Part shown: piece by piece, positions 17,915 through 26,195 of the stretch
Position numbering within the stretch: position 1 is the stretch's first letter
Layout: every line of letters begins with the position of its first letter
NCBI GenBank assembly: GCA_944363715.1
Contig: CALVUX010000002.1
Coordinates: 22,157 to 86,156 of the forward strand
Direction: 5' to 3'
DNA: 64,000 nt
DNA from: an uncultured Bacilli bacterium
GTDB lineage: Bacteria > Bacillota_I > Bacilli_A > RF39 > UBA660
The notes under the pieces: model-generated
What the model was told of the DNA's origin: nothing
Databases searched by the model: none
What the model saw: the letters and a program-made list of their open reading frames with translations, nothing else
Position numbers and translations under genes: made by a program

Positions 17915-19718
17915 AGGAGGAATGGGAGCAGTAGAGAAAGCTAAGGACTTTAAAGGAACTTTAAAGAAATTACTTAAATATTTAGGTACATATAAAATAA
18001 GTTTAGCCTTTGTTATTATCTTTGCTATTAGTAGTGCTGTTTTCTCAATAATTGGACCTAAAATATCAGGACAAGCAACAACTGAAATATTTAATGGATT
18101 ATTAGGTAAAGTAATGGGAACTACTAATGGAATTGATTTTTCTAAAGTAGGAACTATTCTATTAACTTTATTATCTCTATATATAGTCAGTGCAATTTTC
18201 TCTTACCTACAAGCTTTTATTATGAGTGGTGTAAACCAAAAAGTTACCTTTAATTTAAGGGAACAAATATCTCATAAAATGCATAAATTACCACTTTCTT
18301 ATTTTGAAAGTAAAACAACAGGAGAAATATTATCAAGAGTTACTAATGATGTTGATACTTTATCGCAAAGTTTAGATCAATCAATATCACATCTATTAAC
18401 TTCTATTACAACTTTAATTGGTGTAGTAGTTATGATGTTAACAATAAGTCCTCTAATGACTTTAGTAACACTAGTAATAGTACCTATCGCCTTATTTATG
18501 ATGAGTTTTATTATGAAACACTCTCAAAAATACTTTTTAAATCAACAAAAGTATTTAGGTGATATAAATGGTACAATAGAAGAAGCTTATTCTGGTCATA
18601 CTGTTATTAAACTATTTAATGGAGAAGAAAAGACAATAGAAGACTTTAATAAAACTAATGAAAAATTATATAATTCAGCTTGGAGAGCACAATTCTTCTC
18701 AGGAATGATGCATCCAATTATGAACTTTATTGGTAATATTGGTTATGTATTAATATCTATTTTAGGAGGATATTTAGTTATTCAAAATAGAATAGAAGTA
18801 GGTGATATCTTATCATTTACACAGTACATCAGAAACTTTATGAACCCACTTTCACAAATCGCTCAAATAGGTAATATGATTCAATCAATGGTAGCTTCAG
18901 CTGAAAGAGTCTTTGAATTCTTAGAAGAGGAAGAAGAAGTTCCTGAAGTTAAGAAAGTAACTTATGACTTAGACAAAATGGGCAATACAGTTACATTTGA
19001 AGATGTTAAGTTTGGTTATAATAAAAATAAAATTATTATCAATGACTTTAGTGCAAAAATGCATAAAGGACAAAAGATTGCCATTGTTGGACCAACAGGA
19101 GCAGGTAAGACAACTATTGTAAAACTATTAATGCGATTCTATGATGTTAACTCAGGTTCTATTAAAATAGATGGAGTTGATATAAGAGATATGAAACGTG
19201 ATGATTTAAGAAGTCTCTTTGGTATGGTATTACAAGATACATGGCTTTATAGTGATACTATTAAAGAAAATATTCGTTATGGTAATTTAAATGCTAATGA
19301 TGAAGCCGTATATGATGCAGCGATAGCAAGCCACGTTGATCACTTTATTAGAACAATGCCAGAAGGTTATGATATGATTCTAAATGAAGAAAGTGATAAC
19401 GTATCAGCAGGTCAAAAACAATTACTAACAATTGCAAGAGTTATTCTTAAAAATCCAAAAATATTGATTTTGGATGAAGCGACTAGTAGTGTAGACACGA
19501 GAATGGAACAATTGATACAGGAAGCTATGGATAACTTAATGGAAGGAAGAACAAGCTTTGTCATCGCTCATAGACTTTCTACTATTAAAAATGCTAATTT
19601 GATATTAGTAATGAAAGATGGAGATATAGTAGAACAAGGAACACATGATGAATTACTTAAGAAAAATGGTTTCTATGCAGAACTTTATAATTCACAATTT
19701 GAAAGTGTTACAGAATAG
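17907..19718 (+). CDS. ABC exporter half-transporter (TMD-NBD), consensus-site subunit
   Basis: Walker A GPTGAGKTT, VSAGQKQL, Walker B ILILDEATSSVD with the catalytic Glu. It overlaps the upstream gene by 8 nt. Confidence 0.9.
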   Translation: MPRGGMGAVEKAKDFKGTLKKLLKYLGTYKISLAFVIIFAISSAVFSIIGPKISGQATTEIFNGLLGKVMGTTNGIDFSKVGTILLTLLSLYIVSAIFSYLQAFIMSGVNQKVTFNLREQISHKMHKLPLSYFESKTTGEILSRVTNDVDTLSQSLDQSISHLLTSITTLIGVVVMMLTISPLMTLVTLVIVPIALFMMSFIMKHSQKYFLNQQKYLGDINGTIEEAYSGHTVIKLFNGEEKTIEDFNKTNEKLYNSAWRAQFFSGMMHPIMNFIGNIGYVLISILGGYLVIQNRIEVGDILSFTQYIRNFMNPLSQIAQIGNMIQSMVASAERVFEFLEEEEEVPEVKKVTYDLDKMGNTVTFEDVKFGYNKNKIIINDFSAKMHKGQKIAIVGPTGAGKTTIVKLLMRFYDVNSGSIKIDGVDIRDMKRDDLRSLFGMVLQDTWLYSDTIKENIRYGNLNANDEAVYDAAIASHVDHFIRTMPEGYDMILNEESDNVSAGQKQLLTIARVILKNPKILILDEATSSVDTRMEQLIQEAMDNLMEGRTSFVIAHRLSTIKNANLILVMKDGDIVEQGTHDELLKKNGFYAELYNSQFESVTE

Positions 19719-19741
19719 ATGGATTTTTTCCATCTATTTTA
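19715..19741 (+). terminator. Rho-independent terminator after the ABC operon
   Basis: ATAGATGG / CCATCTAT stem, 7-nt loop, followed by TTTTAT. Confidence 0.6.
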
Positions 19742-19752
19742 TCTTATAAAAA

Positions 19753-19794
19753 TTGGCACTCATTATTGACAATTGCTAATTATAGTGCTATTCT
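19753..19794 (+). promoter_or_regulatory. htpG promoter with CIRCE-like operator
   Basis: TTGGCACTC-N9-AATTGCTAA (compare CIRCE TTAGCACTC-N9-GAGTGCTAA) plus a distal AGTGCTA arm. TTGACA at 19766-19771, 17-nt spacer, TATTCT at 19789-19794. Near-identical to the element at 32702-32744. Confidence 0.55.
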
Positions 19795-19818
19795 ACTTAA
19801 TGTAAATAAGAAAGAAGA

Positions 19819-21705
19819 GTGATTAATTTGAAGAAAAAACAATTTAAAGCAGAATCTAAAAAGTTATTAGATTTAATGATTAATTCTATTTATACTAATA
19901 AGGAGATATTCTTAAGAGAGTTAATCTCTAATGCAAGTGATGCTATTGATAAACTTTATTATGAATCACTTACTAATAAAAAGATTAAAGTTAAGAAAAA
20001 AGATTTAGAGATTAGACTTATTCCTGATAAAGACAATCGTACTTTAACTATTGTTGATAATGGTATTGGTATGACAGAAGAAGAACTTGAAAATAATTTA
20101 GGTACTATCGCTAAGAGTGGTTCTCTTTTATTTAAAGAGAAAATGTCTGATGATAAAAATATGGCTATTATAGGACAATTTGGTGTAGGTTTCTATTCTA
20201 GTTTTATGGTTAGTGAAGAAGTAGAAGTTATTAGTAAAGCTTATGATAGTGATAAAGCATATCGTTGGGTATCAAGAGGTGCTGATGGCTACTCTGTCGA
20301 GGAAACTGATTATGAAAATATCGGTACTAAGATTATTCTTCATTTAAAAGAAAATAATGAAGATAATAATTATGATGAATATTTAGAAGATTATACTCTA
20401 GAAAGATTAGTTAAAAAATATTCTGATTATATCTCTTATCCTATAAAGATGGAAGTAGAGACTACTACTAAAAAAGATGATAAAGAAGAAAAGAAAATAG
20501 AAGATAAAACACTAAACAGTATGGTTCCTATTTGGAAGAAAGGGAAGAGTAGTGTAAAAGATGAAGATTATAATTCATTTTATACAGATAAGTTCTATGA
20601 CTATGAAGCACCTTTAAAAGTAATACGTAGTGAAGTAGAAGGAAGATGCTCATATACAACTCTTTTATTTATACCAAGTCATGCTCCATATAATTATTAT
20701 TCTAAAGACTATGAGAAAGGACTTGAACTTTATTCTAAAGGTGTTCTAATCATGGATAAATGTGCTGATCTTTTACCTGATTACTTTAGTTTTGTTAAAG
20801 GTATTGTAGATAGTGAAGATATATCTTTAAATATATCAAGAGAAACACTACAAGATAATTATCAAATTAAATCTATCGCTAAGAGCCTTGAATCTAAGAT
20901 TAAGAAAGAATTAGAAAAGATGCTTAAAAACGATAGAGAAAACTATGAAAAGTTCTTTAAAGATTTTGGTATGCAACTTAAAGTAGGTATCTATGAGTCT
21001 TTCGGTATGGCTAAAGAAACATTACAAGATTTATTACTTTTCTATTCATCTAAAGAGAAGAAAATGGTTACACTTTCAGAATATGTTTCTAAGATGAGTG
21101 ATGATGATAAGACAATTTATTATGCTTGTGGTGAAACTATAGATAAGATAGATTTATTACCACAAGTTGAAAGTGCTAAAGAAAAAGAAATAGATATCTT
21201 ATATTTAACTGATTACTTAGATGAATTTGTCTTTAAAGTAATGATGAACTATAAAGAGAAAAACTTTGTTAATGTGGCAAGTAGTGATGCAAATCTAGAA
21301 AGTGAAGAAGAAAAAGAAGAATTAAAGAAAGTTAACGAAGAATATAAAGATATGTTTACTAAGATGCATGATGCCCTAAATAATGGCGTTAATGAAGTAG
21401 AGTTTACTCATCGTTTAAAAAATCATCCTGTATGCTTAACTAGTAAAGGTGATGTTTCAGTTGAAATGCAAAAAGTAATGGATGCTATGCCAACAGATAC
21501 TGGAGTTAAGGCAAATACTGTTATGGAAATTAATGAAAATCATCCTATTGCAGGTAAGTTAAAATCTTTATATGAAAATAAAGATTATGAGACATTAGAA
21601 AAATATAGTAAAATACTATATGCAGAAGCTAGACTTATAGAAGGAATGAGTTTAGATAATCCAACAGAAATAAGTAATTTAATTAGCGAATTACTAGCTA
21701 ACTAA
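19819..21705 (+). CDS. htpG: Molecular chaperone HtpG (Hsp90)
   Basis: FLRELISNASDAIDKL, DNGIGMT, GQFGVGFYS motifs; 628 aa. The start is GTG 19819 or TTG 19828. Confidence 0.95.
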   Translation: MINLKKKQFKAESKKLLDLMINSIYTNKEIFLRELISNASDAIDKLYYESLTNKKIKVKKKDLEIRLIPDKDNRTLTIVDNGIGMTEEELENNLGTIAKSGSLLFKEKMSDDKNMAIIGQFGVGFYSSFMVSEEVEVISKAYDSDKAYRWVSRGADGYSVEETDYENIGTKIILHLKENNEDNNYDEYLEDYTLERLVKKYSDYISYPIKMEVETTTKKDDKEEKKIEDKTLNSMVPIWKKGKSSVKDEDYNSFYTDKFYDYEAPLKVIRSEVEGRCSYTTLLFIPSHAPYNYYSKDYEKGLELYSKGVLIMDKCADLLPDYFSFVKGIVDSEDISLNISRETLQDNYQIKSIAKSLESKIKKELEKMLKNDRENYEKFFKDFGMQLKVGIYESFGMAKETLQDLLLFYSSKEKKMVTLSEYVSKMSDDDKTIYYACGETIDKIDLLPQVESAKEKEIDILYLTDYLDEFVFKVMMNYKEKNFVNVASSDANLESEEEKEELKKVNEEYKDMFTKMHDALNNGVNEVEFTHRLKNHPVCLTSKGDVSVEMQKVMDAMPTDTGVKANTVMEINENHPIAGKLKSLYENKDYETLEKYSKILYAEARLIEGMSLDNPTEISNLISELLAN

Positions 21706-21792
21706 CTCTATTATGAATAAGTGATAATATTTTTGGAAATAAAAAGAACCATATGTTTAAGAGATTCTATATAAATGAGATATCTCTATGTT

Positions 21793-21825
21793 AAGAAGTA
21801 ATTATAAATTTTTACTTCTTTTTAT
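21793..21825 (+). terminator. Putative terminator downstream of htpG
   Basis: AAGAAGTAA / TTACTTCTT stem followed by TTTAT. Confidence 0.45.
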
Positions 21826-21981
21826 CTATAAGGAAAAATCTATTTAAATAACTTAAAATATTGTAGAAGCTAACATAATAATAAGTTTTCTGTTAGAGTA
21901 TCAATACTATTATCAAATATATTAGTATTACCATATCATAATTTTGGCCATAACGCAGATTCTACTAAACTATTTTAAGTT

Positions 21982-22137
21982 AAGATGTATATATATAAAA
22001 AATGTAAAGGAGGTAAAAATGCCTAAAGTAAGTATAATAGTTCCTATTTATAATGAAGAAGAATATGTTTCTACTTGTCTTCTTAGTCTTATTAATCAAA
22101 CTCTTGATGACATAGAAATAATTTTAATAGATGATAA
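21982..22137 (+). repeat. Copy B of the duplicated GT2 promoter/RBS/5'-CDS module
   Basis: See 10789-10946. Identity stops at GATGATAA (22131-22137). Confidence 0.9.
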
Positions 22138-22603
22138 ATCACAGGAAATGTTTAATAAATATAGAGAATTTAATATGGCTAGTTTAGTTTTAGAAGATTA
22201 TAGTAAGTATCCTCTAAATAATAGAAATACTGATGTGGTTATTATAATGCCAGATTTAATAATTAAAAGAACGGTTACTAAGAGTTTTCATAAGAAAGAG
22301 CGCTTAGATGTTTTAAAGAGATTTTATGAAGCTAATGGTGATTTTTCTTATGTGGATTTAGTTAGTACTTATAACTTAGTAATTGGTATTATTACTAAAG
22401 ATACTATTAGTGCTTATGTAAGTTCTGATATAAATGACTATCAATTAAATGAGTTACTTGCTTTCGTTAAAGAAACTTATGATATTAAAAGTATAAAAGA
22501 TGATTTGATAACAAATGTTAATATTATAAAAGATGGGGAAAGTATTTATATTGGAGAATTAAGTGATGTTAGGAATTTGTTTGCCCATGAAAAAATTAAG
22601 TAG
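22019..22603 (+). CDS. Chimeric ORF: first ~40 codons of the GT2 gene fused to an unrelated unknown protein
   Basis: MPKVSIIVPIYNEEEYVSTCLLSLINQTLDDIEIILIDDK is near-identical to the GT2 N-terminus. The sequence then continues as SQEMFNKYREF... with no GT2 motifs. ATG 22019 follows AAAGGAGG. Confidence 0.6.
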   Translation: MPKVSIIVPIYNEEEYVSTCLLSLINQTLDDIEIILIDDKSQEMFNKYREFNMASLVLEDYSKYPLNNRNTDVVIIMPDLIIKRTVTKSFHKKERLDVLKRFYEANGDFSYVDLVSTYNLVIGIITKDTISAYVSSDINDYQLNELLAFVKETYDIKSIKDDLITNVNIIKDGESIYIGELSDVRNLFAHEKIK

Positions 22604-22639
22604 TTGTAAAATATAAAAAAATAGCTTATAATACACTTA

Positions 22640-22866
22640 AATGCGATTGATATTCAAAGAGTACATATAAAGTATTAACAGAGAGTTAATGGTTGGTGGA
22701 AATTAACAATATGATATATGGAAGGTAGTGAATAGAGCAGGGTTTCTGAAATAATAGTAAGTTACCACGGTATGAGTCCGTTATCAATAATAAGATAGTT
22801 TAATAACTATAAATTAAGGTGGTACAGTGTAGGTTATCTATGCCCTTAAGTTATAGTTATTTTTTA
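22640..22866 (+). promoter_or_regulatory. T-box leader, specifier GUA (Val)
   Basis: UGCGAU start; specifier loop 5' AAGAGUA / 3' GAAGGUAG next to the lower helix UAUUCA/UGAAUA; AG bulge AGAGAG; distal loop GGUUGGUGGAA; T-box AAUUAAGGUGGUAC. The terminator AACTATAAATTAAGG/CCTTAAGTTATAGTT is followed by a T-run. Confidence 0.85.
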
Positions 22867-22882
22867 TTTTAAGGAGGAAGCT

Positions 22883-23332
22883 ATGAAAATAGGAAAAGTC
22901 GTCATTATTCCAGATGAAGAACAAATTTTAAATGATAAATTTGAATTTGATGTTATGGATGAGAAGGGGCATGTCATGGCTTATCAAGAGTTTTCTGATA
23001 AGTATAAATTAGGTTTTAGATTTTCTTTAGATGATTCACAACAGGTATCTTTATCTATTGCATCAATTGGACATTTTACATATAAAACGGAAGATAATGC
23101 TGGTCTTTTAGTATTTTATCTACCACAAGATATTACGGAAAGACAGTTAACATATTTTCAGAATAATTTTTTTGATTTTAGTAAATATAAAATGATAGGT
23201 GCTTATAGTTTAATTGAAGTAGATGATAAGGTTGTTTCTAAAGAAGTCGAAGGACTTAATAATATTAATCAAGAAATGATTAAAAAGTATAATAGTACTA
23301 AAAAGAAGGAGGAGAAAGGTCATGTTAGATAA
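22883..23332 (+). CDS. Hypothetical 149-aa protein, first gene of the T-box/valS transcription unit
   Basis: Strong RBS AAGGAGGAAG. Its end overlaps the valS start by 11 nt. No recognisable domain. Confidence 0.65.
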   Translation: MKIGKVVIIPDEEQILNDKFEFDVMDEKGHVMAYQEFSDKYKLGFRFSLDDSQQVSLSIASIGHFTYKTEDNAGLLVFYLPQDITERQLTYFQNNFFDFSKYKMIGAYSLIEVDDKVVSKEVEGLNNINQEMIKKYNSTKKKEEKGHVR

Positions 23333-25859
23333 GAAATATAATCATAAAGAAGTAGAGAAAGATAAGTATAATGAATGGGTAAATAAAGGTTATTTTAAAG
23401 GCGATAAAGATAAGAGTAGAGAACCTTTTTGTATCGTAATACCACCACCTAATGTTACTGGTAAATTACATTTAGGTCATGCTTGGGATACAACGCTTCA
23501 AGATATTATTATTAGATATAAGAGAATGTGCGGGTTTGATGCTTTATGGCTTCCAGGAATGGATCATGCTGGTATTGCAACACAAGCGAAAGTTGATAAA
23601 AGATTAAGAGAAATGGGAATTAATCCTCGTGGTATATCTCGCGATGAATGGTTAGAACATGCTTGGAGTTGGAAAGATGAATATGCTACTACTATTCATG
23701 AACAATGGGCTAAACTAGGTCTTAGTCTTGATTATACTAAGGAAAGATTTACTTTAGATGAAGGACTTAGTAAAGCGGTTAGATATGTTTTTGTTAAACT
23801 TTATGAGAAGGGTTTAATTTATAGAGGAGAGAGAATTATTAACTGGGATCCAGTACAAATGACTGCTTTATCAAATGAAGAGGTTATCTATAAGGAAGAT
23901 AAGGGAGCATTTTATCATATTAAGTATTATATAACTGGCACAGATGAATATTTAGATGTTGCAACAACTCGTCCTGAGACTTTATTTGGTGATACTGCAG
24001 TTGCAGTTAATCCAAGTGATGATAGATATAAACATTTAATTGGTAAGACAGTAATTCTTCCTATTGTTAATAAAGAAATACCTATTGTAGGAGATTATCA
24101 TGCTGACCCAGAGTTTGGCTCAGGTATCGTAAAAATAACACCTGCCCACGACCCCAACGACTATGAAGTAGGGATGAGACATAACCTACCTCGTGTTGTT
24201 GTTATGAATTTAGATGCTACTATGAATGAGAATGCCCCTGGTTATGAGGGAATGAGTCGTGAAGAGTGTCGTGAAGAATTAGTAGAAGATTTAAAGAAAC
24301 AAGATTTATTAATTAGTATTGAAGAAATGACCCATAATGTAGGACATAGTGAGAGAAGTGATGCTGTAGTTGAACCAACTCTATCTAAACAATGGTTTGT
24401 TAAGATGAGACCTCTTGCAGATAGAGTGCTTGATAATCAAAAGAATAAAGATACAAAAGTAAACTTTGTTCCAGAACGTTATGAGAAAACAATGAATCAC
24501 TGGATGGAAATTACCTATGACTGGTGTATTTCTAGACAATTATGGTGGGGTCATAGAATCCCTGCTTGGTATAAAGACGATGAAGTTTATGTTGGAATGG
24601 ATGCACCTGATGGTGATGGATGGGTTCAAGATGAAGATGTACTAGATACTTGGTTTTCATCTGCATTATGGCCTTTTTCAACATTAGGATGGCCTGAAGA
24701 GACTGATTTATTTAAGAGATATTATCCTAATAATGTCTTAGTAACTGGTTATGATATTATTCCATTCTGGGTTAATCGTATGACTTTCCAAGGTTTAGAG
24801 TTTACTGGTAAAAGACCATTTAAAGACTGTCTTATCCATGGACTAATTCGTGATAAAGAAGGACGTAAGATGAGTAAGTCTTTAGGTAATGGAGTAGATC
24901 CTATGGATGTTATAGATGAGTATGGTGCAGATAGTTTGAGGTTTTTCTTAACTACCAATACGGCTCCTGGAACAGATTTAAGATATGATGAAGAAAAAGT
25001 TAAATCTACTTGGAACTTTATTAATAAATTATGGAATGCATCTCGTTATGTTTTAATGAATCTTGAAGGTATGAAGACATCAGGATATGATTATCAAAAT
25101 TTAAGTAAAGCTGATAAATGGATTTTAACTTTAAAAAATAATTTAATTAAAGATGTTACTAAAAATATGGATAGTTATGACTTCCATAATGTTGGTAATA
25201 TGTTATATAAGTTTATTTGGGAAGACTTTTGTGATAACTATATTGAGTTAAGTAAAGCGAATATGAACGATACGACTAAGAGTGTTTTACTTGATGTTTT
25301 AACAACAATCCTTAAATTACTTCATCCATTTATGCCTTATGTAACAGAAGAAATTTATTCTATGTTACCATTTAAAGATAGTGAGTCTATTGTAATTAGT
25401 ACTTATCCTAAGTATGATAGTGAAACTGTATTTAATGAGGAAATGGAAGAAATATCTAAAGTTATAGTTGATTTAAGAGAGATAAGAAATTTAAAAGCTA
25501 CTAATAATATTAAAAAAGATGATTTAGTTATGTTTAGTACTAAGAGTGATTTAGCGTATATTTATAAATCACAGTTAAAGATTACTGATGAATTAATAGT
25601 TAAAGAAACTTTAGAAAATTATCAATCTATTAACTATAAATCTAGTTTAATTGATATTACTTATTTCTTTAAAAATGAAGTTAATAAAGAAGAGTTAGAA
25701 GAGAATATTAAGAAGTTAAAAGACTCTATCGAAAGACGTAAGAAGTTACTTAGTAATGAAAACTATGTTAATAAAGCACCTAAGAATATAGTTGACCTTG
25801 ATAGAGAAAAATTAATGGAGGAGGAAGCTAAGCTTAAGTTATTAGAAGAACAATTATAA
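23322..25859 (+). CDS. valS: Valine--tRNA ligase, bacterial type with C-terminal coiled coil
   Basis: [14 protein letters not shown] (HIGH), [12 protein letters not shown] (editing), [22 protein letters not shown], coiled-coil tail. Confidence 0.95.
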   Translation: MLDKKYNHKEVEKDKYNEWVNKGYFKGDKDKSREPFCIVIPPPNVTGKLHLGHAWDTTLQDIIIRYKRMCGFDALWLPGMDHAGIATQAKVDKRLREMGINPRGISRDEWLEHAWSWKDEYATTIHEQWAKLGLSLDYTKERFTLDEGLSKAVRYVFVKLYEKGLIYRGERIINWDPVQMTALSNEEVIYKEDKGAFYHIKYYITGTDEYLDVATTRPETLFGDTAVAVNPSDDRYKHLIGKTVILPIVNKEIPIVGDYHADPEFGSGIVKITPAHDPNDYEVGMRHNLPRVVVMNLDATMNENAPGYEGMSREECREELVEDLKKQDLLISIEEMTHNVGHSERSDAVVEPTLSKQWFVKMRPLADRVLDNQKNKDTKVNFVPERYEKTMNHWMEITYDWCISRQLWWGHRIPAWYKDDEVYVGMDAPDGDGWVQDEDVLDTWFSSALWPFSTLGWPEETDLFKRYYPNNVLVTGYDIIPFWVNRMTFQGLEFTGKRPFKDCLIHGLIRDKEGRKMSKSLGNGVDPMDVIDEYGADSLRFFLTTNTAPGTDLRYDEEKVKSTWNFINKLWNASRYVLMNLEGMKTSGYDYQNLSKADKWILTLKNNLIKDVTKNMDSYDFHNVGNMLYKFIWEDFCDNYIELSKANMNDTTKSVLLDVLTTILKLLHPFMPYVTEEIYSMLPFKDSESIVISTYPKYDSETVFNEEMEEISKVIVDLREIRNLKATNNIKKDDLVMFSTKSDLAYIYKSQLKITDELIVKETLENYQSINYKSSLIDITYFFKNEVNKEELEENIKKLKDSIERRKKLLSNENYVNKAPKNIVDLDREKLMEEEAKLKLLEEQL

Positions 25860-25869
25860 ATATAAATAC

Positions 25870-26092
25870 AAAGAACAAGAGGAGTAGATTAGTTAGTAGT
25901 TAGTAGAAATGAAAGGTCACTGGCTGAAAGCCTTTCTTAACGAAGAGTAATTGAAGGTAGCTTGGGAGTTTTGTATCTGAAATAATAGTAAGATATAGTG
26001 TATACCTGCATTAAAGGATTAAGGTAGTAGAAATACTATAAATTAAGGTGGTACCACGAGCAATTCGTCCTTTGGATAGTTGCTCGTTTTTT
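25870..26092 (+). promoter_or_regulatory. Second T-box leader, specifier GUA (Val)
   Basis: Lower helix CAAG/CUUG; specifier loop 5' AGGAGUA / 3' GAAGGUAG, identical to leader 1; shared CUGAAAUAAUAGUAAG. T-box AAUUAAGGUGGUACCACG. Terminator ACGAGCAA/TTGCTCGT followed by TTTTTT. Confidence 0.8.
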
Positions 26093-26195
26093 AATTTAGG
26101 GAGATGATAATAAATGAAATATATATTTAAAAGTGATTATGTACGAGTCATTATTCCTTTAACAATAAAATAATAAAAAAGAAAGGATGATAAAA

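Noticed and set aside
25890-25908. Tandem GTTAGTA GTTAGTA G microsatellite-like repeat.
   Set aside because: It forms the 5' strand of Stem I of the second T-box leader, pairing with CUUAAC...UAAUU on the 3' side. It is not an independent repeat element.
26114-26167. 17-codon ORF (MKYIFKSDYVRVIIPLTIK) with GGGAG RBS between the second T-box terminator and valS2, considered as a Val-rich leader peptide.
   Set aside because: It has only two Val codons and no attenuator-like alternative structures after it. Regulation is already explained by the T-box. It cannot be supported from sequence alone.
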